NCBI GenBank assembly: GCA_035462175.1
Contig: DATHUP010000049.1
Coordinates: forward strand, 52,614 to 116,613
Reading direction: 5' to 3'
Source of the DNA: Acidimicrobiia bacterium
Lineage (GTDB): Bacteria; Actinomycetota; Acidimicrobiia; Spongiisociales; ZC4RG35
DNA length: 64,000 nucleotides
Shown: piece by piece, positions 56,534 through 64,000 of the stretch
Numbering within the stretch: position 1 is the first letter of the stretch
How the letters are laid out: each line of letters opens with the position of its first letter
Notes under the pieces: generated by a model
The model's database searches: none
Told to the model about the DNA's origin: nothing
The model's input: only the letters and a program-made list of their open reading frames with translations
Translations under genes and position numbers: made by a program

Positions 56534-57538
56534 GTGTCCTTCCTGACCGAGCTGTTCTCCAACTTCTGGGTCTCTCTTGCCGGGAAGCTGCTCATCGTCG
56601 CTCTCATGATCCCGCTCGTGGGCATGGTCATCGGGTTCGCCGAGATGAAGCTCTCGGCCAAGATGCAGGCACGGGTCGGCCCCTACTTCGCCGGGGGACG
56701 CTGGGGCTGGGCACAGCTCATCGCCGACGGGGTCAAGTTCTTCCAGAAAGAGGATCTGATCCCCACCGAGGCGGATCGCCCGGTGTTCAAGCTGGCGCCT
56801 GTGCTGGTGCTGGTGAGCACGGTCGCCCTTCTGGTGGTGATCCCCTTTGGCCCGGACCTGATCTTCCGCGATCTCTCGGTCGGCATCTTCTACGCCCTCG
56901 CTATCTCCTCGCTGAGCACTGTCGGGATCCTGATGGCCGGCTGGTCGTCGGGCAACAAGTACTCGCTGATGGGTGGGCTCAGGGCCGCCGGACAGCTGAT
57001 CGCCTACGAGCTGCCCCTGGTGCTGGCCGTCGTGGGCGCGGTCATGCTGGCCGGGACCATGAGCATGTCCGGGATCGTCGAGGCCCAGATCGAGGCCGGG
57101 TACCCCTTTGTGGTACTCCAGTTCCTCGGCTTCGGGATCTTCCTGATCGCCGCCCTCGCCGAGCTGAGTCGGATCCCCTTCGACATGCCCATCGCCGAGT
57201 CGGAGCTGGTGATGGGATATCTGACCGAGTACTCGGGATTCCGTTTCCTGTTCTTCTTCCTGGCCGAGTTCGCCAATATGTTCACCCTGTCGGCGATCGC
57301 CGTGACCCTTTTCCTCGGCGGCTACTGGCTTCCCGGGATCCCCGAGGACGTCCTCGCCTATGCCGGTCCGGTGATCCTCATCGCCAAGACCTTCCTCCTC
57401 GTCTTTGTCATGATCTGGTTCCGCTGGACCTTCCCCCGGTTCCGAGAAGACCAGTTGCAGAGCATGGCCTGGAAGTGGTTGATCCCGATCGCCCTGGCCA
57501 ACATCCTCCTCACCGGAGCCTTCAAGGTGTACCTATGA
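56534..57538 (+). CDS. nuoH: Nuo-like complex subunit H (cluster 2)
   Basis: ND1-like; GTG start embedded in the palindrome gtcaggaaggacac-cca-gtgtccttcctgac. Confidence 0.9.
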   Translation: MSFLTELFSNFWVSLAGKLLIVALMIPLVGMVIGFAEMKLSAKMQARVGPYFAGGRWGWAQLIADGVKFFQKEDLIPTEADRPVFKLAPVLVLVSTVALLVVIPFGPDLIFRDLSVGIFYALAISSLSTVGILMAGWSSGNKYSLMGGLRAAGQLIAYELPLVLAVVGAVMLAGTMSMSGIVEAQIEAGYPFVVLQFLGFGIFLIAALAELSRIPFDMPIAESELVMGYLTEYSGFRFLFFFLAEFANMFTLSAIAVTLFLGGYWLPGIPEDVLAYAGPVILIAKTFLLVFVMIWFRWTFPRFREDQLQSMAWKWLIPIALANILLTGAFKVYL

Positions 57539-58035
57539 CCAGCGCCACCGACCGACGTGTGCTTCCCGGCGTGGGGATGCTCAAGGGCCTCTGGGTGACC
57601 ATCTACACCATGTTCCGCACCATCTTCCGTCCCGGGAAGTACCTCGCCACGATCAACTACCCGGTGGTCAAGGAGACCCCGGTGCCCCGGGCGCGGGGCG
57701 TCATCGCCCTGGACCAGGAGGCGTGCACGGTGTGCATGCTCTGTGCCCGCCAGTGCCCCGACTGGTGCATCTACATCGAAGGGCACAAAGAGGAGAAGGA
57801 GCCGGACAAGCCCGGGGGCAGGGTCAAGGTGCGGAACACGCTCGACCGTTTCGACATCGACTACGCGCTCTGCATGTACTGCGGGATCTGTGTCGAGGTG
57901 TGCCCGTTCGACGCCCTGTTCTGGTCACCGGAGTACGAGTACTCCGAGACGCAGATGGGCGACATGTTGCACGACATGGACCGTCTCCAGGACTGGCTCG
58001 CCACCGTCCCCGACAATCCGGAGCTGGAGAAATGA
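57535..58035 (+). CDS. nuoI: Nuo-like complex subunit I (cluster 2)
   Basis: Two 4Fe-4S motifs (CTVCMLCARQCP, CMYCGICVEVCP). Confidence 0.85.
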   Translation: MTSATDRRVLPGVGMLKGLWVTIYTMFRTIFRPGKYLATINYPVVKETPVPRARGVIALDQEACTVCMLCARQCPDWCIYIEGHKEEKEPDKPGGRVKVRNTLDRFDIDYALCMYCGICVEVCPFDALFWSPEYEYSETQMGDMLHDMDRLQDWLATVPDNPELEK

Positions 58036-58039
58036 GAGC

Positions 58040-58113
58040 TCGGCTTCGCCTCGCCGCTGCGAGCTACGAGCTTCGAGCTACGAGTTGCTCTGGCTCGTTG
58101 CTCGTTGCTCGTT
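58040..58113. repeat. intercistronic heptamer-periodic hairpin repeat, copy R3
   Basis: gagctacgagcttcgagctacgag / ttgctctg / gctcgttgctcgttgctcgttgctcatggc; between nuoI2 and nuoJ2. Confidence 0.8.
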
Positions 58114-58129
58114 GCTCATGGCGCCCGGA

Positions 58130-58690
58130 GGGTGGATCGTGAGTTTCGGCGACTGGGTGTCCGAGCCGGTCAACTGGGTGTTTCTCGTCGTCGGGGCCCT
58201 GGTGCTGGTTTCCGCGTTCCGGGTGGTCACCGCTAAGAACGTGGTGCACGCCGCCCTGTTCCTGGTTGCCGCTCTGGCCGGGACCGCAGTGCTCTTCCTC
58301 ATGCTCTCCGCCGAGTTCGTTGCCTGGGTCCTGGTGTTGGTCTACATCGGCGCGGTGATCGTCCTGTTCCTGTTCGGGATAATGATCACCCGGGCCCCCA
58401 CCGGTCGTGACGTGGGCCTCGACGTGGAGAAGCGACTGTGGGCCGGGATCCTGTCCCTAGCCACCTTCGTGCTCCTCTCCTGGGCCTCGATCGACGCTTT
58501 CGGATCGACCCGGATCGAAGAGGTGGGAGAGGCCACCTCGACCGAGGTCCTCGGGCTGGCCCTGTTGGGTCGATTCGTCATCCCGTTCGAGGTGGTCTCC
58601 TTTGTTCTCCTCGCGGCCCTGATCGGGGGGATAACCATCGCCCGCCGCGATCTCACTCCCCTCGAGGAAGAGCAGAGGAGCTCGGTATGA
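58130..58690 (+). CDS. nuoJ: Nuo-like complex subunit J (cluster 2)
   Basis: ND6-like; GTG start 7 nt after GGAGGG (the alternative ATG at 58109 lies inside the repeat and has no RBS). Confidence 0.75.
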   Translation, partial: GWIVSFGDWVSEPVNWVFLVVGALVLVSAFRVVTAKNVVHAALFLVAALAGTAVLFLMLSAEFVAWVLVLVYIGAVIVLFLFGIMITRAPTGRDVGLDVEKRLWAGILSLATFVLLSWASIDAFGSTRIEEVGEATSTEVLGLALLGRFVIPFEVVSFVLLAALIGGITIARRDLTPLEEEQRSSV

Positions 58691-58770
58691 GAGCCATGAG
58701 CCACGAGCTACGAGCGACGAGCCGGAGCGCGTTGCTGGCTCATTGCCCGTCGCTCGTTGCACGTCGCGCA
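58691..58770. repeat. intercistronic heptamer-periodic hairpin repeat, copy R4
   Basis: gagccatgagccacgagctacgagcgacgagc / GCCGGAGCGCGttgCTGGC apex / tcattgcccgtcgctcgttgcacgtcgc; between nuoJ2 and nuoK2. Confidence 0.8.
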
Positions 58771-58790
58771 TCGTTCGCCGGAGGTGAACG

Positions 58791-59096
58791 ATGCTTCTGA
58801 ATCAGTTTCTGATTCTCGCGGCGGCAATGTTCTCGCTTGGGATCTACGGGCTGTTGGTCCGGCGCAACATCGTGCTCATCCTGCTCTCGGTCGAGTTGAT
58901 GCTGGCCGCGGTGAACATCAACCTCATCGCCTTCGAAGCGGTGCTGCGCAGCCCTGATGCGATCGGCCAGGTGTTCGCCATATTCGTGATCACCGTTGCC
59001 GCCGCCGAGGTGGGCATCGGTCTCGCCATCGTCCTGATGATCTTCCGCAACCGGAAGTCGGCCAACGTCGACGAGCTCCACCTGATGAGATGGTGA
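58791..59096 (+). CDS. nuoK: Nuo-like complex subunit K (cluster 2)
   Basis: ND4L-like, 101 aa; start codon inside the hairpin gcatcgttc-gccggaggt-gaacgatgc. Confidence 0.85.
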   Translation: MLLNQFLILAAAMFSLGIYGLLVRRNIVLILLSVELMLAAVNINLIAFEAVLRSPDAIGQVFAIFVITVAAAEVGIGLAIVLMIFRNRKSANVDELHLMRW

Positions 59097-59109
59097 GAGC
59101 GTCGCTCCG

Positions 59110-59195
59110 CTCCGCAGCTACGAGCTATGAGCTTCGAGCTCTGAGCCAGAGCGCGTCTTCGGCTCGTTGCTCGTTGCTCGTTGCCCGTTGCCCGG
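59110..59195. repeat. intercistronic heptamer-periodic hairpin repeat, copy R5
   Basis: gcagctacgagctatgagcttcgagctctgagcc / AGAGCGCG apex / ggctcgttgctcgttgctcgttgcccgttgccc; between nuoK2 and nuoL2. Confidence 0.8.
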
Positions 59196-59205
59196 AGGTC
59201 ACGAA

Positions 59206-61233
59206 GTGACCTCCGTCCTTGCCACCGAGGCGGAGCAGGCGGTCGAAGCCGGCATCACCGGCGGCTTCTTCGTGGACACAGCCGGAATCATGCTGGTACT
59301 GCCCTTCGTCGCCTTCCTCCTCATCATCGCCTTCGGGAAGCGGATGAGGAACCAGGGGGCGGAGCTGGCCATCGGGGCTCTCACCGTCAACACGGTGTGG
59401 GCCACCGTCCTCTTCGTGATGAACATGACCGACGGGGTGCTCGCCACCACCACCTTCGAGATCGGCCGGATCGGGAGCAATCTCGTCTTCGAGCTGGGGT
59501 GGGTGGTCGACGGGCTCTCCATCATGATGTACTTCCTGGTCAGCCTGGTGGGCCTGATCGTGTTCATCTACGCGGTGGGCTACATGCACGGCGACGTCAG
59601 GGTCCCCTGGTTCTTCGCCGCCTTCTCCCTGTTCGCCGGTTCGATGCTGGTCCTGGTGGGGGCCCCCAACTTGATCCAGCTCATCATCGGCTGGGAAGGG
59701 GTCGGTCTCGCCTCTTACCTGCTCATTGCCTTCTACTGGGAGGACATGGCCAATGTGAACGCGGGCAACAAGGCTTTCATGGTCAACCGCACCGCCGACA
59801 TCGGGCTCATGCTCGGGGCGATCATCGTGGCGGTGGCGGTGGGCACCTTCGACTTCGCCGCCATCAACGAGGCCGCCGTCGCCGGGCTCGGCGCGCTCTC
59901 CACTGTCGCCGTAGTGGGTGGGGCACTTCTCTTCGTCGGGGCGATGGGCAAGAGTGCCCAGTTCCCCTTCCATATCTGGCTTCCCGATGCCATGGCCGGC
60001 CCGACCCCGGTCTCTGCTCTGATGCACGCAGCGACGATGGTCACCGCCGGGGTGTACCTCATGGGCCGGATGTTCCCTCTCTTCCAGAACATGGCCACCG
60101 AGCTCAGGCCCTGGATGGTGGTCATCGGCGCCGTCACGCTGTTCGCCCTGGGCTTGCTCGCCCTGGTCGCCGACGACATCAAGAAGGTGCTGGCCTATTC
60201 GACCGTGTCCCAGCTCGGCTACATGATGACCGCGGTCGCCGCCGGCGGCTACACCGCCGGGCTGTTCCACCTGTTCACCCACGCCTTCTTCAAGGCCTTG
60301 CTCTTCCTGGGTGCGGGATCGGTGATACATGCCGTCCACTCCAACAACATGAGCGATATGGGCGGTCTGAGGAAGTTCATGCCCCGCACCTACTGGACCT
60401 TTGTGATCGGGGCCTTGTCCCTGGCCGGGATCTTTCCCCTGGCCGGGTTCTGGTCCAAGGACGAGATACTGGCCACCCTCGGCTTCGAGGGGTACACCGC
60501 GATCATGTGGATCGCGGTCGCCGGCGCATTCGTCACCGCCTTCTACATGACCCGTGCCGTCGCTCTCACCTTCCATGGGGAATACAAGGGGCACGGGCAT
60601 CCCCATGAGTCACCGAGAGTCATGACCGGCCCACTGATCGCCTTGGCCATCCCCTCGGTCCTCTTCGGGCTGTTGAACATTCCCGGTGTCGGGTTCCCGG
60701 TCATCGGCAACTTCACCGAGTGGCTGGCGGTGCGAGCGGTCCCGATGGGGGACCATCACGCCGAGGGGATCGACTTCCTCCTCGCCGGAGCCGGGCTGCT
60801 CGCCGCCCTGGGCGGCATCGCCCTGGGCTGGCTGGTCTGGGGCAAGGACCGGGATACCCAGGCGGAGCGGGACCGCTTCCAGATTCCTGCTCTCTACCCG
60901 CTGCTCCGCAACAAGTATTTCGTGGACGACCTCGCCGACGGTGTCGTGGCGGGGACCATGGGGCCGCTCGCCCGTTTCACCAATTGGGTCAACGACTACA
61001 TCATCGACGGGATCGTCAACGGGGTCGGGTTGCTCACCAGAGGTTTGGGCTCGTTCGTCTACGGGGTGGTTGACCAGAAGGGTGTCGATGGTGTGGTCCA
61101 CGGTTTGTCGGCGGGAGCCGACGGCGCCGGGTCGGCTCTGCGTAGGTGGCAGACCGGCCGGGTGCAGCAGTATGCGGCATCGGTGGTCGGGGGCGCCCTG
61201 ATCCTGATAGTCCTGTTCGTGTTCGTGAGATAG
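59206..61233 (+). CDS. nuoL: Nuo-like complex subunit L (cluster 2)
   Basis: ND5-like; GTG start inside the perfect palindrome ggaggtcac-gaa-gtgacctcc (the ORF-track start at 59167 reads through the repeat). Confidence 0.85.
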   Translation: MTSVLATEAEQAVEAGITGGFFVDTAGIMLVLPFVAFLLIIAFGKRMRNQGAELAIGALTVNTVWATVLFVMNMTDGVLATTTFEIGRIGSNLVFELGWVVDGLSIMMYFLVSLVGLIVFIYAVGYMHGDVRVPWFFAAFSLFAGSMLVLVGAPNLIQLIIGWEGVGLASYLLIAFYWEDMANVNAGNKAFMVNRTADIGLMLGAIIVAVAVGTFDFAAINEAAVAGLGALSTVAVVGGALLFVGAMGKSAQFPFHIWLPDAMAGPTPVSALMHAATMVTAGVYLMGRMFPLFQNMATELRPWMVVIGAVTLFALGLLALVADDIKKVLAYSTVSQLGYMMTAVAAGGYTAGLFHLFTHAFFKALLFLGAGSVIHAVHSNNMSDMGGLRKFMPRTYWTFVIGALSLAGIFPLAGFWSKDEILATLGFEGYTAIMWIAVAGAFVTAFYMTRAVALTFHGEYKGHGHPHESPRVMTGPLIALAIPSVLFGLLNIPGVGFPVIGNFTEWLAVRAVPMGDHHAEGIDFLLAGAGLLAALGGIALGWLVWGKDRDTQAERDRFQIPALYPLLRNKYFVDDLADGVVAGTMGPLARFTNWVNDYIIDGIVNGVGLLTRGLGSFVYGVVDQKGVDGVVHGLSAGADGAGSALRRWQTGRVQQYAASVVGGALILIVLFVFVR

Positions 61234-61248
61234 GAGAGGCAGAGAGCG

Positions 61249-62871
61249 ATGGAATTGTTCGAAACGTGGGCCCTGACCCTGATCGTCTTCCTGCCTCTGG
61301 CCGGTGCCCTCCTCCTCGGGTTGGTCCCCAAGGAGAACGAGGGGGCGCTGAAGGCGTTGTCCCTCCTCGTCACCGGCGCCGCCTTCATCCTCTCCGTGGT
61401 CGCCATCGGTCTGTTCGACTTCTCCGGCGCCCCCTACAACACCTATCAGTTCGAGGTCAACGAGAGCTGGATCGGGGCGATCAACGCCAACTACCACATT
61501 GGCATCGACGGGATCAGCCTTCCCATGCTCGTCCTGTCCACCTTCGTCATGGTGCTCTCGGTGATCTACAGCTGGAATCACTGGGAGGAGCCGAGGAACC
61601 CCAAGGTCTTCCTCATCCTCATGCTGATCCTGGCCACCGGGCTCAACGGCACCTTCGTCGCCCTCGACCTGGTCCTGTTCTTCATCTTCTTCGAGGTGGT
61701 CCTGGTCCCGATGTACTTCATGATCGGGATCTGGGGCGACCGGTCGCCACGCAGGCTGCCCGGGTTCGGCAGGGAGGTGCAGACCCGTCTCTACGCCGCC
61801 ATCAAGTTCTTCCTGTTCACCCTGTTCGGGTCGGCGTTCATGCTCCTCGGCTTCCTGGCCCTCTACTTCGCCTCGGGCGACGCCAGCGAGACCGGATTGC
61901 GCACCTTCGACATCGTCGAGCTCACCGTCCTCGGATCGGAAGGTGCTTTCACCGGCACCTTTGCCTTCCTCGTGTTCGGGGCGATGTTCCTCGGGTTTGC
62001 GGTCAAGGTGCCGATGTGGCCTCTCCACACCTGGCTGCCCGACGCCCACACCGCCGCCCCCACGGTCGGCTCGGTCTTGCTGGCCGCCATCATGCTGAAA
62101 CTCGGCTCATACGGGTTCATCCGCATCTCGCTGCCGATTCTCCCCGATGAGGCGCGCAACTGGGCTCCTGCCATCGCCATCCTCGCCGTGATCGGGATCA
62201 TCTACGGCTCGCTGGCCTGTCTCGCCCAGACCGACATGAAACGGCTCATCGCCTTCTCCTCGGTCGGTCACATGGGATTCGTGATGCTGGGGATCGCGAC
62301 CCTGACCGACGTCGGGATCAACGCGGCCGTCATCGGGATGGTGGCCCACGGTTTGATCACGGGTCTCCTCTTCTTCCTGGCCGGCTCGATGTCACATCGT
62401 TATCACACGAGGGAGATGTCCCGCCTCGGGGGCAACATGAGGTTGATGCCGGTGATGGGGGGCATCCTCGCCTTCACCGCGATGGCATCCCTCGGTCTGC
62501 CCGGCCTGGCCGGGTTCTGGGGCGAGTTCATGTCGCTGGTGGGCGCCTACAACCCCCTCGACGGGCTCTCCCTGGGTGTGTTCCGCACCTCTATGGTCCT
62601 CGGGGCGGTCGGGACCGTACTCACCGCCGGGTACATGCTCTACATGCTGCAGCAGGTCAACCTGGGTGAGCCGGGCGAAGAGTGGCAGGGTCGTGAGTTC
62701 CACGACGTGGACCGCTTCGAGATGACCGCCTGGGTCCCACTAATCGTCCTGATCGTGGTGGTCGGGTTCTACCCCAAGATCATCTTCAACGCCACCACCG
62801 ACAGCGTGGTGTCCCTGGTGGAGATGGTGTTCAAGCCGGAGACCGTCGCCTCGCTGGGCTCGGGAGGATGA
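61249..62871 (+). CDS. nuoM: Nuo-like complex subunit M (cluster 2)
   Basis: ND4-like antiporter subunit, 540 aa. Confidence 0.9.
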   Translation: MELFETWALTLIVFLPLAGALLLGLVPKENEGALKALSLLVTGAAFILSVVAIGLFDFSGAPYNTYQFEVNESWIGAINANYHIGIDGISLPMLVLSTFVMVLSVIYSWNHWEEPRNPKVFLILMLILATGLNGTFVALDLVLFFIFFEVVLVPMYFMIGIWGDRSPRRLPGFGREVQTRLYAAIKFFLFTLFGSAFMLLGFLALYFASGDASETGLRTFDIVELTVLGSEGAFTGTFAFLVFGAMFLGFAVKVPMWPLHTWLPDAHTAAPTVGSVLLAAIMLKLGSYGFIRISLPILPDEARNWAPAIAILAVIGIIYGSLACLAQTDMKRLIAFSSVGHMGFVMLGIATLTDVGINAAVIGMVAHGLITGLLFFLAGSMSHRYHTREMSRLGGNMRLMPVMGGILAFTAMASLGLPGLAGFWGEFMSLVGAYNPLDGLSLGVFRTSMVLGAVGTVLTAGYMLYMLQQVNLGEPGEEWQGREFHDVDRFEMTAWVPLIVLIVVVGFYPKIIFNATTDSVVSLVEMVFKPETVASLGSGG

Positions 62872-62877
62872 TGGCTG

Positions 62878-62958
62878 GCAAGCGAGCTACGAGCTACGAG
62901 CTTCGAGCTACGAGTCGGAACGGTCTGGCCCGTTGCCCATTGCTCGTTGCTCGTCGCC
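62878..62958. repeat. intercistronic heptamer-periodic hairpin repeat, copy R6
   Basis: gcgagctacgagctacgagcttcgagctacgag / tcggaacggtct / ggcccgttgcccattgctcgttgctcgtcgcctcg; between nuoM2 and nuoN2. Confidence 0.8.
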
Positions 62959-63001
62959 TCGAGGGTTGCCGACGGGCAAAGTCGGCCGGCAAGGAAAAAC
63001 A

Positions 63002-64000
63002 GTGACCTTCGAGATCGACTATCTGGCCCTGGCGCCCGAATTCGTGGTGGTGGGGACGATGCTCGGAGTGTTCACTCTCGACCTCGTCCTTCCCCGCGCC
63101 CGGAAGTACTGGACCGCCACCATGGCCGTGGCCGGCACCACCCTCGCCGCCGTCCCCCTGGTCCTCCTCGCATCCGAGGGGACGACCAGGTCGATGTTCG
63201 ACGGTTCGTACGTTGTGGACGAGTTCGCAGTCATCCTCAAAGGCGTCTTCCTCGTCTCGGCATACATCGTCCTTCTCATGTCCCACCATTACATCGAGTC
63301 GGATCGCTACTACCAGGGCGAGTACTACTTCCTCCTCCTGGCGTCGGTGCTCGGCTCCCTGGTCATGGCATCTGCTCGAGACCTGATCATCCTGTTCATC
63401 GGTCTCGAGCTCACCACCGGGCCCCTCTACATGCTGGCAGGATGGAGAAAGGGCGACGCCAAGTCCAACGAGGCCTCGATGAAGTACTTCATCCTCGGGG
63501 TCCTATCGACGGCGATTCTGCTCTACGGGATGTCGATGCTGTACGGATTGACGGGGGAGGTCACCTTCGCCGGTCTCGCCGAGGCGACCACGGGCATGGC
63601 CGACGAGCCCGCCATCATCGTGGCCGTGTTCGGGCTCATCGTCGGGTTCGGGTTCAAGATCTCGGCGGTGCCCTTCCACTTCTGGGCGCCGGACACCTAT
63701 GAAGGGGCGCCCACGCCGGTGACCGCCTATCTCTCGGTCAACTCGAAGGCAGCCGGATTCGTCGCCTTCCTCCTCATCATGTACCAGGCCCTTCCCGGGC
63801 TCTCCGAGATCTGGGCTCCGGCGCTGTGGCTGCTGGCTGTCTTGTCCATGACGGTGGGCAACCTGGCCGCCCTGCGTCAGAGCAACATCGTCCGTCTACT
63901 TGCCTACTCGTCGATCGCACAGGCAGGTTTCATGCTGGTCCCCTTCGCCGCGGCGGCCGTGGCGGGAGCCGACCTGGCCGAGGCGTTCTCGGCGACCGTG
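63002..64000 (+). CDS. nuoN: Nuo-like complex subunit N (cluster 2), 3' end outside the window
   Basis: ND2-like (GLELTTGPLYML, KISAVPFHFWAPDTYEGAPTPV); GTG start after a short hairpin gccgac-gggcaaa-gtcggc; the ORF-track entry 62947..63702 is a wrong-frame read through the repeat. Confidence 0.8.
   Translation, partial: MTFEIDYLALAPEFVVVGTMLGVFTLDLVLPRARKYWTATMAVAGTTLAAVPLVLLASEGTTRSMFDGSYVVDEFAVILKGVFLVSAYIVLLMSHHYIESDRYYQGEYYFLLLASVLGSLVMASARDLIILFIGLELTTGPLYMLAGWRKGDAKSNEASMKYFILGVLSTAILLYGMSMLYGLTGEVTFAGLAEATTGMADEPAIIVAVFGLIVGFGFKISAVPFHFWAPDTYEGAPTPVTAYLSVNSKAAGFVAFLLIMYQALPGLSEIWAPALWLLAVLSMTVGNLAALRQSNIVRLLAYSSIAQAGFMLVPFAAAAVAGADLAEAFSATV

Overview
This is a high-GC, actinobacterial-type chromosomal segment dominated by respiratory-chain genes. 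Features in coordinate order:

- A 5'-partial Rieske Fe-S protein and a membrane-anchored diheme cytochrome c with a ~330-aa acidic linker.
- rex and a geranylgeranyl-reductase-family flavoprotein.
- An IS30 element beside a frameshifted DUF222/HNH gene.
- An ECF sigma factor and a putative anti-sigma factor.
- nuo cluster 1, a 14-subunit NADH:quinone oxidoreductase (nuoA-N). It is split after nuoD by a 3-kb opposite-strand cassette: PadR regulator, HAAS/DUF1700-like membrane protein, TAT-signal amidohydrolase. Three copies of a ~47-bp nested palindromic element bracket and punctuate the cassette.
- A bactofilin-like membrane protein overlapping the end of nuoN.
- A LacI-controlled beta-glucoside locus (GH3 glucosidase plus ABC importer).
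- moaA, then an intact DUF222/HNH gene.
- A stress island: DNA topoisomerase IB, PolX, two YtxH-BON proteins, a 52-aa Cys-rich peptide, surE, a PfkB kinase and YflT-like proteins.
- nuo cluster 2 (nuoABCD-HIJKLMN), a Nuo-like operon that lacks nuoEFG, so 11 subunits.

The most striking sequence-level feature is a family of ~75-90 bp intercistronic hairpin repeats with 7-nt internal periodicity. One arm is (GAGCTAC)n and the other is (GCTCGTT)n, around a conserved GCCAGAGCGCG apex. These sit at five cistron junctions of cluster 2 and at the nuoK-nuoL junction of cluster 1; a TACG-based variant sits at nuoL-nuoM of cluster 1. Several of the downstream start sites also carry short hairpins that pair the Shine-Dalgarno sequence with the start codon.

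All coordinates of small elements are approximate (about +/-2 nt).
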